A stretch of DNA of 63,303 bases, counting the filler, from Octopus bimaculoides (lineage: Eukaryota): assembly GCF_001194135.2 (NCBI RefSeq). It is 5 parts of 5 records of this genome, joined end to end, with 100 filler letters (N's around TTAATTAATTAA, not from the genome) between each part and the next. Parts side by side here need not be neighbours in the genome. Positions count along the whole stretch, not along the records: positions 1 to 25,874 come from NC_068983.1; positions 25,975 to 44,218 come from NC_068986.1; 3 more parts are not named here. One strand, 5' to 3'. Positions 24,845-37,927 of the stretch are shown here, in pieces; the stretch's first letter is position 1; the number at the start of each line of letters is the position of its first letter. A program made the translations under genes and the position numbers. The notes under the pieces were generated by a model. The model searched no databases. It was not told the DNA's origin and saw only the letters and a list, made by a program, of their open reading frames with translations.

Positions 24845-25060
24845 GCGACCTGGCAGAATTGTTAGCACTCCGGGCAAAATGCTTAGAGGTAGTCGGCTCT
24901 CTTTACATTTCGAGTTCAAATTCCCCCTAGTCGGCTTTGTCTTTTATCTTTTCAGGTTCGATAAAATAGCTAACAGTCGAACACTGAGGGTCTCGATGTA
25001 ATCAACTTACTCTATTCCTCGAAATTGCAGGCTTTTAGCTAAAATTTGTGATCATTATTA
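24845..25060 (+). mobile_element. SINE family A, near full-length
   Basis: A-box-like tggcagaattgttagc, B-box-like gagttcaaattcc, and body tcgataaaatag..tcgatgtaatcaactt..aaaatttg. Confidence 0.75.
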
Positions 25061-25843
25061 CTCATAATAGTAAGATATGGAAAATAATATTAATACAGGA
25101 AGCTAGTCCGTTAGAAAATCTCTTAATACATCCTGTATCAACAATCTTATTATAAATAAGATGGTTATTCTGAATGCTCACATTACTAGTAATAAGAATA
25201 TCGATTATTACTTATATAAACTATAATACTTATTACTACTACTTGTTCTTGGTTCTATTGTTATTAACAACTCATCAGATACGTGAAAGTGATTGCTTTC
25301 TGCAGTTTACTTTTCTTTCTTAATGTGTGTTAACCACATAACATAGCTAGAAAAGCTACGAGTGATAATATTGTACTCAAATAGTATTAAGACATTCTGG
25401 CTGTCAAATTGTGTTAGAAAATACTAGATGTAGCTTTACCTGTCAATTAAGGTAACAAATAAATAGAAAGAGGCAAATAAAAGGAATATTTATAAAATAT
25501 TTTGAAGAAAAAATGTCGAAAAAGAAGCTATAAACAGTTTAATGAAGGAAGACAACCAACTAAAACACACAGGCAAACAGATACATAAAATTACATTATA
25601 ACACAACTAAATTCTTATTCGTGGATAAATACAAGAGATTTCTTCATTTTCCTTAATCCTCTCAAGGCTAAAGAAATTTAATCCGACGACTGCCAATCAT
25701 ATCTCTAATAATATTTTTATACAATTCTGAAATTTCAGCATGTTTAGAGATCTTGATATGTTACGTAGTGATGTGTGTATGTGTGTATATGCCTGTGTGT
25801 GTGTATACATGTACGTTTGTACATATTTATTTATGTATGTATG

Positions 25844-25874
<31 letters not shown>

Positions 25875-25974
25875 NNNNNNNNNNNNNNNNNNNNNNNNNN
25901 NNNNNNNNNNNNNNNNNNTTAATTAATTAANNNNNNNNNNNNNNNNNNNNNNNNNNNNNNNNNNNNNNNNNNNN
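25875..25974. other. Synthetic scaffold join 44N-TTAATTAATTAA-44N
   Basis: Exactly 100 bp; an identical construct occurs four times in the window. Confidence 0.95.
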
Positions 25975-26248
25975 TATATATATATATATATATACACAGA
26001 TATACATACATATCTATACATACATTCATATAAACATATATGCATGTGTGTGTGCGTCTGTCTGTCTGTATGTATGTGTGTATGTATGTATGTATGTATG
26101 TATTCATGAATGCACGTTTGTGTGTATGTGAGTGAATGGTACAGAGGGAGAGATATAGATACACAAACATATATACAGATACATATACTCACACACATAA
26201 ATCTACATTTATGTATATATCTCTGTATCTCTCTCATCCTCTCTCTCT

Positions 26249-26300
<52 letters not shown>

Positions 26301-27087
26301 GTATCTGTATATGCTTGCGGGGAGAGAGAGAGAGAGAAAGAATATCTTCATTTAAAATTTGTATGAAATCGATAAGCAATGAAACACTGATGATATGATG
26401 CGGAATCTAACAATTCTTAGTGGTCTGTCTTGTGAATTATAGAATTTGATTATTTCTTCACAATTCGAAGGAAACATTTCTAATTGCACTATACCTTCCT
26501 ATACTCTGCATCGCTGGTTCAATAGTTTGATTGTGTTTCTAGTTCTACCTTTATTTTTATAATCTTGCATATCTGAGATGTTAAATGCCTATCGTATTTT
26601 ATTTATTAATTTTATTTGATATTATCTCTGGAAATTATAGATAATTAATAAACTGCTTCTCACGCTTTATCTTTTTATGTTTAACAGTTTCTATATACAA
26701 AGTAACTGGGGTGGAGATCTTTTATTTACAAAAATTCTTTCAGAGGAAAACAAAAACATTAATAACGACCATTTGAATAAGCTGAGTAATGTCAAGAATA
26801 AGGTTCGTTAAAGTTTCTATTGTATCTATAAGATACTCTGTGAACCTTTTAATTAAAATTGTTCAAGCTCCAATATAAAATATCGAACACTTCTTGTGAA
26901 AATAGAGTTTGATAGCAAATGGCTCGTTATACCATTCATGCCTTTTCCAAGAGAAAACGAATTGAATGAGATCCAACCAGTAACTATGCCAAAGAACGTA
27001 TTCGCTGTGAGTTTAGCACTAGCTTTTCAGTTCATGCCACTTCTTAGAGGAATCTAACTGTAGCAACAAAAGAAACTGCAATTATTG

Positions 27088-27290
27088 ATTTCAGATTTGG
27101 CACAGGGCCAGAAATTTCTTGAGAAGGAGTATAGTGTATTAAATGAACTTCAGTACATGCTTGTACTTATTTTAATCAAATCTGGTATGAGGAAAATAGA
27201 CACTGTGGTAATTGGATATAAGAACATGTTAGTTTTGAAGTAAAAACTGAAAGGAATAAAGTCTAGCAATCTATTATTTCTGCCACCCCA
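27088..27290 (-). mobile_element. SINE family A, degraded copy
   Basis: tttcagatttggcacagggccag..cttgtacttattttaatc matches the reverse complement of the 40643 copy. Confidence 0.5.
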
Positions 27291-27680
27291 TTGACTTAGA
27301 AACGACAATTAATAGTAATAAAAGTGTGTACTGCAAAGTGTGAAGCAATGCTCTTCGAAAGCGATGAACTCAACATAATATTGGAACTAAGATCGAATAG
27401 GTAATACATAGCACTACTTTTTGTTTGGGCCCCGGTTCTGATTCCAGGTAAAATTCATACGTTACCTATTTTCATGTCTTCCCAAGACAGATAAATGAAG
27501 AATACTGCTGTGAAGCGTTGTTGCATACAAAATGATTAAGTTGTGGTTCAAAAGAAGGTCGGAATTTACTTTGGCGTTCACAAATCAACGTAAAGAGGAA
27601 TAGGAGTGATGGTGGAGGTGGAAAGAGAGTTCGCACTGCTAGTTCTTTCTATCTTTTCTTTGTTCTTCTGTCTATGAATA

Positions 27681-27720
<40 letters not shown>

Positions 27721-30700
27721 TATATCCGGAATATATTCAATGCTGAATTTTATTCCGTTTTTTACACAAGTACCGAGAACATATAAATATACCTACACAC
27801 GCGCGCCTTAGAAAAACTTTGGATACACGTATACAACACACCATATGAAAAGCCCCGAAGGAAAGTGAACAGATATAAAATAGAAATGTCTCTGAACATG
27901 TCCAACACGCTAATGATTCTGCTACTTCGTTATAATAATAATACTAATAATGGTAATAATGCTTTCTAATTTTGGCATGACTGTAATTTTAGTGGGATTA
28001 GGTTGATCAGTTATATCGGCCCCAGTAGCCCTGAGGATTCTACAAAAACTCTACTATACTTATGAAATGAATCTCTATAAAGCCTTTATACATTCGTCTG
28101 TAGACAGTGCTAGGGCATAGAGCATTCCACATAGTACTAGACAGAGCCTCAACAGAAAGTACGAATGCAACAATGAAACCCACACAACACGACTAAAGAC
28201 AGGACGAAAGAAAAAGACCCAAATACACAGTGTAATACATACACACAAAAGACAAACATGCACGTACCTATGATGAAATATAAGAAATAGAGATAAATAA
28301 TTAGACAAAAAACTATATAAAGGGTATAGATAAAAACAACATAGTAAGCAATGTGTGTATTTGTGTATATATTTATGTCTTATATTTTTATGTTTAAATA
28401 TGTATATACCTATGTACGTACATCTATGTATTTTGGTGTATATATGTATATTATAGATGGTCTAGTATGCGGATATACTGCTGAAAAAATATTTATGTAA
28501 TACAACGTGAAAATTTTAAAGTTTAATTTTAATGTATTAATTGACTTATATTTCGTATATGATTATTTACCGTTTGTATATGGAATCTGTCCTTCGATTT
28601 AAGGTTTTCTTCGATTTTACAATAGGATGAATTTATACTGAATTTATTTTGTTCATTGCATACTTAAGACTGTTAGTTGACAGGACCAATGAAATAAAAC
28701 GATTTTCAATGGTATATCCATTAAACTAGTTTTTTTTTTTTAATTCTATCGTCATTTCTGTTCCCTTGTAACAGAACTGTCCGACGAACGGAAACGTGAA
28801 ACTCTGAGTAACAGTTTTTGTAATATTTCTGCTTCTTTTAAATAAAGTATAAATATTTATATATATATATATATATATATATACATACATACCTGTATAT
28901 ACGCACATGTATATCTATCTCTATAATGTATACATAAAGCAAAACATACAAATTTGCATCTATACATACAACAATACCGTTGTTGATGTTGAAGTTCCAA
29001 TAAAGGAGCTTTAGATCAATGTTAGAAACTCGCTCATTCTCCATTGGCAAGAAATCTTGAAATTAAACTAAATACATACATACATACAGATTACAGTAAA
29101 GATAGATGCTGGTAAGAGGTACGTTTAGGACTACAAGAGTAAAAAAAAGAAAGCCTATTGCCATTTTAATTCCATGGGATGCAAAACGTTAATCAGTCCG
29201 AAGAAATCGATAATTTAGAAAATAACTTCAATGTAATATTCTTAATAGCTCTTTGTCTAAGCACTAAATTACATTTACAAGCCTGGGAACCTTTCATATG
29301 ATACTTCTAATGCTATAAAAAATCTGAAAGTATACCGTCTCATACTTGATTACATGGTTGTATTTACTGTAATCAAGCAATAACATTGCTCCAATGAAAG
29401 CCATGATGCAATTATCAAAGTACTATGTGTATAGCAACTTATCTACTTATCCGTGGCGAAATGTTATCGCTGTTTACTGAATAATAAAAGGATCAATCAT
29501 TGACATACAGTTACACATTTATGGCTAGGTTTTATTACTACAAACGATCACTTTTTATATACTTCTTTTTTCTTTTGACAACAATACTAACTTTTTCTTT
29601 CATTACCGTTGGGCTCACGACTTTGATGAATTAAGTTCAAGAAATGATTGACAATTCAATACTTTAGATGACAATAACGTGTTGTAGAAAACTGTAAAGA
29701 GCATCAAAAGTATATTTTATATTCCTTTTGAACGTTTTAAGTTAATTCAATTTTATTCTTGAAAATCCATTTTAAAGAGGATTAGAATTGCAGCAGAAAA
29801 TAATCTGTAGCACGGAAACTAAGTACCACAGCGCTGTTAGCTAATTCGGTGAGTTTATTTATGCAAACTATTATCTCACATAATTTTATCCTTAATTAGT
29901 GTCCAGCATATTTTAAAGACTTCACATTTATTAACATTAATCTCGGGGTAATACCTCATGTGTAGGGTGTCATGTCCTACTTCGGTAATATTTTCAAAGC
30001 TTTACTTCAGAAATACGTTGCTAAAATAGAGGCACCCAAAATAATTAAAATCCCAGACTGTGAGGGAGTTGAAGGGCTTCGCATGAAATTTAGCAGTCAA
30101 CTTTCATGAAATTCAACAGCCACTATTTCACCATTCTTAAAATGGAAACATTCACCTGTTATCTACCAATGAAATGATATTGCTAAAATCAAGTTCCTCA
30201 TGGGACTTTAGGCGACTGGCTGGATCCACGAATCTCTTGGAACGACAAATTTTGATCATAAATCTTACTCTGCAAATCATTCGTCAAATAGTCTGAAGAA
30301 CCTATTTGTCAGGGATTGGTTATCGAGATAGGAGTAGAAAAGCTTTGCGCAAACAACACTATTTGTCTTGTACATTAACGGAAACGAGCGATGTGCCAGC
30401 CTCACAGTTTCCTTTTTACTATAATTTGTAACACTTTTTATTGTTAAACATGGGAAACAAACTCTGTCAACGACCATATCCAAAGCCTCCGATATTGAAA
30501 GAAGGACGAAGGAAGGGAAGTATCATCAGACCGGAGATCTGCATCGCATGGGTTCGAAGGAGTGGACTCTCCTAACGAGATCCAAGGAGTAGTTGATGGT
30601 GTGAAACTAGGTTACGGATTAAATTTATTACCCAAATGGATTATGTCACTAAGGAAATCCGTAAGACAATCTGTTCGATGCGTCACTGCCACCGGCATTT

Positions 30701-30879
30701 ATCAACGCTGAAAAGGCAAAAATCAAAGCTGGCCTGGGTCATCAAAATCACTTGGGCTATAACCCCCCTTCCATCAAATCAGATGCTTATTTATACAAAT
30801 GTATTTAATTACAATTTTTTAAAGTAAATACGAAATATTGTTATACTGGCATATGAAAGCAGCATTACAAGTAATAGCT

Positions 30880-31061
30880 GCTGGTATAAGCACAAGACTA
30901 GTAATTGTAAGGTGATGGGTTGATCCCAATACTTGAATGGTAGTTATTTTATTTCTCTTGAAAGGAGGAAATGCAAAATTCACCTCGGCAGGATTGGAAC
31001 TCAGAACGAAAAGAGGTAGAACTAATACTGCAAAATATTTTTTCCGACACGCTAACGGTTC
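30880..31061 (-). mobile_element. SINE family A copy with its head abutting (TCT)n
   Basis: gaaaggaggaaatgcaaaattcacctcggcaggattggaactcagaacg..cacgctaacggttct matches the reverse complement of the family A head and body. Confidence 0.65.
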
Positions 31062-31152
31062 TTCTTCTTCTTCTTCTTCTTCTTCTTCTTCTTCTTCTTC
31101 TTCTTCTTCTTCTTCTTCTTCTTCTTCTTCTTCTTCTTCTTCTTCTTCTTCT
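31059..31152. repeat. (TCT)n microsatellite running into an N gap
   Basis: Directly visible. Confidence 0.95.
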
Positions 31153-31624
31153 NNNNNNNNNNNNNNNNNNNNNNNNNNNNNNNNNNNNNNNNNNNNNNNN
31201 NNNNNNNNNNNNNNNNNNNNNNNNNNNNNNNNNNNNNNNNNNNNNNNNNNNNNNNNNNNNNNNNNNNNNNNNNNNNNNNNNNNNNNNNNNNNNNNNNNNN
31301 NNNNNNNNNNNNNNNNNNNNNNNNNNNNNNNNNNNNNNNNNNNNNNNNNNNNNNNNNNNNNNNNNNNNNNNNNNNNNNNNNNNNNNNNNNNNNNNNNNNN
31401 NNNNNNNNNNNNNNNNNNNNNNNNNNNNNNNNNNNNNNNNNNNNNNNNNNNNNNNNNNNNNNNNNNNNNNNNNNNNNNNNNNNNNNNNNNNNNNNNNNNN
31501 NNNNNNNNNNNNNNNNNNNNNNNNNNNNNNNNNNNNNNNNNNNNNNNNNNNNNNNNNNNNNNNTTATTATTATTATTATTATTATCTAAAGCTAGCAAAA
31601 TTGTTAGCAAAGCGGACAAATATA

Positions 31625-31785
31625 CTTAGCGATATTTTGCCCCTCTTCACGTTCTGATTTCAATTTCTGCCAATGTCGAATTTGCCTTTAATTCTTCCGG
31701 GGTCGGTAAAAGAAGCACCAGTCAAACACTGGGATCGATTTAATCGACGAACCCTCTCCCACAAAATATCTGGTCTTGTACCTCT
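31625..31785 (+). mobile_element. SINE family A, 5'-truncated variant
   Basis: cttagcgatattt..cacgttctgatttcaatttctgcc..ggggtcggtaaaagaagcaccagtcaaacactgggatcgatttaatcgac. Confidence 0.65.
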
Positions 31786-31802
31786 AGCAGAAAAGATTCT
31801 AA

Positions 31803-32015
31803 GGCAACGAGGTGGCAGAACCGTTAGCATGCCGGGGAAAATGCTTAGCAGTATCGTGTCCGTCTTTACGTTGTGAATTCAAATTCCGCCGCAGCCGACA
31901 TTACCTTTCATCGTTTTGGGGGTCGATAAAATAAGTTCCATTCAAGCACTGGGTTTGATGTAATCAACTTACCTACACTCTTAAACTGCTGCTCTTGTGT
32001 CTTAATCTGAGACCA
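31803..32015 (+). mobile_element. SINE family A, near full-length
   Basis: A-box-like tggcagaaccgttagc, B-box-like gaattcaaattcc, and the full body. Confidence 0.8.
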
Positions 32016-34419
32016 TTGTTTATTCTCAATTCTACTTTGAAAGCAATAGATCGAAATTAACGGTGTGTTTCTAACGTAAATACTTTTCAGTATTCAGCTA
32101 AAATTTCGTGCGCTCTGAATGTAAATCTTGTAGTAATCGTCTCCATTTTTTTCATATCCAGGATGAAATAACTGTCAGACATTCAATAATCTCGGTTCAT
32201 TTCACTTCTTCCGTCAAACTTCTGCTAATGGGAGACATCATTATTCATATTTGTTTATAAAATGATCGCATTTTCATGAATTGTTAGTTACGTTTAACTT
32301 CTGGTAAAAAAGTTTCTCGAACAGACCATTACAAAAAGTTTATAGCAATAAATTATTAGTTACTCACATACGAAATGAGAGAAAGCAAGCCTTCTGGTTG
32401 CTGTAACTCACATATTCAAGCTACTGAAGTTTACTTGTTACAACAAGTCTCTGTTGGAAACAGTGTTAAAATCAATAATATTTCAATTAAACTATTTATG
32501 CCAACGTTTATTCAATAAAAACTGAAAACAAAAGAAAAAATGTATCTTGAACATCTTTTTCACTCACAAAAGGAATTAACTTTTTCATGCTCGATTTTTT
32601 CTTTCAGTGTATTTTTAGTATTAATTAACAAAACCATTTATTGAAATTATTCAAAGTTCTCTTGCTTCTTAATTTTCTTTGAGTATGTGTTTTATTGAGC
32701 TCGGTATTTTAGATTCTAAATATAGTGCTTGTCATTCATCTGACACTCGCAGCGTTTTATTCATTAGCGACTCTGTCTTAAATGCGTGACACAGAGCAGT
32801 CTTGAAATTGACTCATTGAAAACATGATATAGCTATAATAAACAACACTTGTTTTTACAAAATCTTCATTTATTTAAAATCCATGCTCATTTATTAAAAG
32901 ATATTTCAATAAATTTACATGATTATCAATTTACAGTTTACAAATCATATTTCAATTTAATGTTTATAGATTGTTGCAACATAAAAATACTAGAAATATC
33001 TGAGTTTATGGGGGAACAGAGAAGGGAATTAAAAATATATTTGGTAAGAGATTTACAAGATATACCATTTTCAGAGGAAACGAACTGAAAATAAGATCTA
33101 TAAATTTTCATTATTTACAATAAAATCTTAGTAAAGAGCTGAAACGTGTAAGACTGTGGTCAGAAACTTTCAAGAGAGCTGAACAGCAGAAAGTTTTCAG
33201 AGAAGAAACCCCACCTCGGGCAAGTGTTTCGGCCTTACCTTCTTATACTCTAAGGAGGCCGAGCCACATGCAGATGAAGACTTACGTTAGTGGGAGAAAT
33301 ATTTGAATATTAGTCACATGTATGAGTTCGGACGTCAATATTTCTACAAAAAGTCTTATACATTTGCTACAAGTCCTGTAGCAACAATGTAGTCTCGTAA
33401 AGTGCCGTGTAGTGACTAAAATACAAGAAATGTAAGCTGACAAACTAAGCAAAAAATCTATGTAGAGCGTATAACAACATTACATCAATAATCTTCAGAC
33501 GATAAGAATTACTTTGCAATACGCTTCTGTATCAAAACGGAAAGATGTACATTGGTGAGAAGAACAAAATCACGTATTACTTGTCTAAAAAGTTTGCATG
33601 TTGATGAATGTATTAAAACAAGGGAAATATTACATAAATAGGAAGTAATATCTAACTTTATATTTTGGAATCCTGTTTTTCTAGTTACCTGTTTGAACTC
33701 TTCAATTCATGAATGTACGATTCGCAGAAACCTTGTTAATATATATTTATCGTCGTCGTTGTACAGTAATTTCGACATATTTATTTTGATCTGATATATT
33801 CTAGAATGTGGCAAATGGAAATATTTAGACGTCCAAGCTCCTTCAAAGACTGTTTAGATAAATGAAACAGTTTCAATTACTAAAAATAACAACCTTACCT
33901 GCGATTTGTTAGTTATAAATTTTGACAACAAAATAAGGTACATAAACAATATTAAAAATAAAAACTTCAAAGTATTATCATATATGCAAAGTAATCAGGT
34001 GAAAATTGACCTTGGGTACAGAAATTGAATCGCACTTATACCAGTAATAATTTGTTGTATCATCAGGGGATGCCAATAAGTGATCGTCATCGCAGATTTT
34101 TAAAAAAATAAAAACTCTCACCATTAATTTTATGAAGGTTTACATGTAAACAATTCCCCCAAAATTGGATAAAATTAAAACTTCCTATTTTGTTTTTGTT
34201 TTGGAAATATTCCCCAGTTTTTCCTTGTATATGTCGTATTTCTACGGATTATTGTATCAGGTATGATTTTTTTATCAAATATTTCGAATGTAAAAGTTTT
34301 GATTTCTTTGTAACCTTTTCATATGTACAACCCATACTCAGAGGTATGGATTATACATCTGAAATAAAAATATAAGGTAATACTACAACTTTGTGTTGCT
34401 TTCATTTTGTAGTTTATAT

Positions 34420-34486
34420 CTTCTCGCATTTTCCCGCTTCTCGCATTTTCCCGCTTCTCGCATTTTCCCGCTTCTCGCATTTTCCC
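34420..34486. repeat. 17-bp minisatellite (CTTCTCGCATTTTCCCG), about 4 perfect copies
   Basis: Units start at 34420, 34437, 34454 and 34471. Confidence 0.95.
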
Positions 34487-34684
34487 AACAAATCTCTTTA
34501 AAGTACAATACACTTTCTTCAGGAGCGTCACTAGATACTCTAGTATGTTATACTGGAAAATTAATCAATTACCTGTAGCTTTTGATTTGATCAATTTACT
34601 GTTGTTAATTACTATTTATACATACTCAATATTGAAAAGCACGATATAATAAATTGCCATTTTTTATTATCTTAATGATTATTT

Positions 34685-35314
34685 GGATCTTTTTTAAAAC
34701 GGGGGCCACATTTTTCATTAACGAAACACTTTGAAACTTGGAACACTGGTAGAATGTGTCATATAAAACATCTTTTTCTCTTAGTCTTCTTTTAAAAAAA
34801 AGAAATCCCTAAGTTATTCCATGNNNNNNNNNNNNNNNNNNNNNNNNNNNNNNNNNNNNNNNNNNNNNNNNNNNNNNNNNNNNNNNNNNNNNNNNNNNNN
34901 NNNNNNNNNNNNNNNNNNNNNNNNNNNNNNNNNNNNNNNNNNNNNNNNNNNNNNNNNNNNNNNNNNNNNNNNNNNNNNNNNNNNNNNNNNNNNNNNNNNN
35001 NNNNNNNNNNNNNNNGTTAGGGTAAAACAGCAAATTTAAAAAGAAAAAAGCAAAACGAAGCTATGGAAATTAACTACGCTTTACACCGCTTAATCAGCCA
35101 AAGGAGTAAATGTAAACAACTGAATACTTGTCAGTGATTGGTTGAAATTATCGAAATAAGACAATTTTTTACATGAAATAAATTCGAATACAAAAATATT
35201 TTTCTGTTCTATAACACAAAATAGATAAGTATACGAAGTTTGAAAGTCTTTCGGTACCAAAAACACTCCGTAAAACATTAATGAAAAATGTGGCCCCCGT
35301 TTTAAAAAAGATCC
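34685..35314. mobile_element. Non-autonomous DNA transposon (MITE) with perfect 37-bp TIRs and an 8-bp TSD, Merlin-like
   Basis: GGATCTTTTTTAAAACGGGGGCCACATTTTTCATTAA at 34685-34721 with its exact reverse complement at 35278-35314. GATTATTT is repeated directly outside both ends (34677-34684 and 35315-35322). The interior contains a 192-N gap. Confidence 0.85.
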
Positions 35315-36164
35315 GATTATTTTATTAACCTTCCGAATATATAAAATCATATTCAGACACCGCCACCTTATTTTAGTATGCAACTGCTAAAGTTTAAACT
35401 TAGATACCATAAAACAACTGGTCCAGTAGCCTACTGCCTTCATCGACTCGATTTTAAGACAAAGCCATCGTATTTGATTGTAGAAACACCCTATGTTTTG
35501 ATCATTTAAAAAAATAACTTGCATCATGCTTTATTCAAATTTGTCTCTTGACTGCACTTTAACACACTAAATGGAACAAACAATCTGATTCTCGCAAAAC
35601 ATCTTTCTTAGGTATTCAAATTACTTTAACTCCTTTAATTACATAAAAGCAAGGCGAGTGTAACATTTATAGAATCGAATTTAATTTACGATAACAACTA
35701 CACTGCGTGTTTTAAAAATAGAGATCTCTTCATTTTCGGTTTTGTAATGTGGATAACAATTTATGTTGTTATTTGCAACGCTACCATAAAAATACAATAA
35801 CAATTCCTCCAAAATTGGTAATACTTATTTATCACGTGTGTATTCTGCCTTTTCTTTTTCATTATAGCATGTTGACACTTGTTTGGCGCACCCATTAGTG
35901 CAAAAGTTAATCAATATGATAACTTCAAAATAAGATTTTAAAAGATGACAATACTTGCATTCTTTAGAGTCTTAAATTTTTGCTGTTGCTTACATTTTCA
36001 TATCACACTAAAGAAGAAGTAGATGTGTTCTAGAAGTGATGAAGGGAAATCTCCACAGGGAGGATAGTATTTTCGCGTATTTGAGAAAAGGGAAGATACA
36101 AACTAGAAAAGAGGCTGACAAACAGATCGCGAAAGTCAGTGACAAAAAGAAAAGGACAGTAAGA

Positions 36165-36335
36165 AAGAAAGAAAGAAAAGAACGAGGGAGGGAAGAAAAC
36201 AGAAAGGAAAAAGAAGGAAAAGAAAGAAAGAAAGAAAGAAAAGAAAGAGAGAAAGGAAAACGAAAGAAAGAGAAAGAAAGGAAAAAGAAGGAAAAAGAAA
36301 GAAAGAAAGAAACAAACAAACAAACAAACAAACAA
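36165..36335. repeat. Purine-rich (GAAA)n/(CAAA)n tract
   Basis: Directly visible; explains the K/E/R-rich and F/L/S-rich ORFs here. Confidence 0.9.
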
Positions 36336-37061
36336 AACGATATAAAGGACAAGTGAAGACGAATGAAATAGCAGAAGAGTAAAAGAAATGAAAATAATGT
36401 TAAATGTAGACCGCTGATAGTTGAGAGTGACTATTCATATAATAATATATCAAGAAAAGTCTCTACACTTACATTCCTACGATGTGAAATCAGGAAAAAT
36501 AGATGGCTGAAAGAAAAGGAAAGAGAGGGGAATCAACATGAAAGTAGAAGTTTATTAGAGAGGGAGATAAACACAATTAATGAGATGGCGTGAAGAAAGA
36601 CGAACAACTATACACGTATATGTATATAGAGAGGGCCAAAAGAGTTGACAATAAAATGTAAATGCTTTAATGATTAATGTGTTCTTGTTATGCTCTTTCT
36701 CTGAGCAAAATTTAGTTATCGTTAATCACAGCTTATCTGCAGCTAAAAATATTTCTGTTAACTTAATTATAAAAAGATCTTGATTAGAAAGTTAATGACA
36801 ATTGAAAGATGTCTTTACATTTGGGTATAAAATCTGAAAAATCTTACACAGTTGAATCAATATTATGTAGGGTAATGTGTTGGCAGATTCGTTTCGTGAT
36901 GGACAAAAAGTTGTGCGGTATATGTTCGGGTCTTTGCGTTCTGGTTTCAAATCTTGCAGTGACTAACTTTGCATCTCATCACACCAGAATTGATAATTAC
37001 TACTGTGTATGTGTGTGTATGCGCGCGCGTGCGTGCTTGCGTGCTTGCGTGCGTGCGTGTG

Positions 37062-37630
37062 ATGGCTATCCACACGTGACCGAGGAAGACCATCTGTGTC
37101 CGTTAGAAACACAGTGCACTCAGAGAAATCATACTTTACACTTGTAGATCGGCTTAGTAGCTAATCAGCCCAGCTCTCGATAGGCATATACGCCCGCAGT
37201 TACTGTAGATCATGCCTTCCCCACTCACTACACTGGCGGTGTGTCTTCGAGTAGTTATTTCTTCACGTTAATTCTGCATGCTGTATGCGTATTTGTCTTT
37301 TTATCGAAAATACCTACTCCTTCCTTTTGTTTTCTTCACTGGTGGCGATGCCAGGCACTGGTTGCTAAAGTGACATCACATGACACAACAAGGACTTTCA
37401 CAAACCTTAAATCGTTGTCACAGTTTACGCTGGGTCCGATTTCCACAAAAGTGTTCGCCATATATTATCTGGTTAAAGAACTTCAAATCATTCATCCGCT
37501 GAAGGTGTCCAGGCCGAAGTAAACGGTGCTTCTACACCGTCGCCTCAGTGCTCGAGACGTCAGCTCCCCTCAAGACCTCTCTATCTGGAGTCTGCAAGAG
37601 TCAGCCAACATTCTGAATGTTTCAGATATA
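37062..37630 (-). mobile_element. 5'-truncated RTE-clade LINE: RT C-terminus, terminal Cys/His motif and 3' UTR
   Basis: PDREVLRGADVSSTEATV*KHRLLRPGHLQRMNDL..QIIYGEH..GNR..RFK matches the RTE RLRWxGHxxRM..YGEL block, then CGRICLSRAGLIS. The UTR ends at a (GCAC)n/(CA)n tract. Confidence 0.8.
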
Positions 37631-37665
37631 CCACGGACATACACGCGCACACGCACACATATACA

Positions 37666-37700
<35 letters not shown>

Positions 37701-37885
37701 TTATCGCAGCATTTAATAAATATATTAATTTGTGTGTTTCGTTAGATATTGGTATGACTTCATACATGTATATTACTTGTCAAATAAAAATACATAATTT
37801 AGAATCATGTCTTAGTACATTTGGTAGAGTTTAATGTGTATTTATAGTTACTAATACGAATACAGACATTAACTCCTCTTCTCAT

Positions 37886-37927
<42 letters not shown>

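Noticed and set aside
26744-27010. Candidate plus-strand exons (26744-26802, and a segment ending at GTGAGT near 27008)
   Set aside because: The implied intron would be only 30 nt or would leave an in-frame stop; no recognisable protein; needs RNA-seq.
33215-33275. GTTTCGGCC..GGCCGA hairpin resembling hammerhead stem II
   Set aside because: CUGANGA is absent at the required position.
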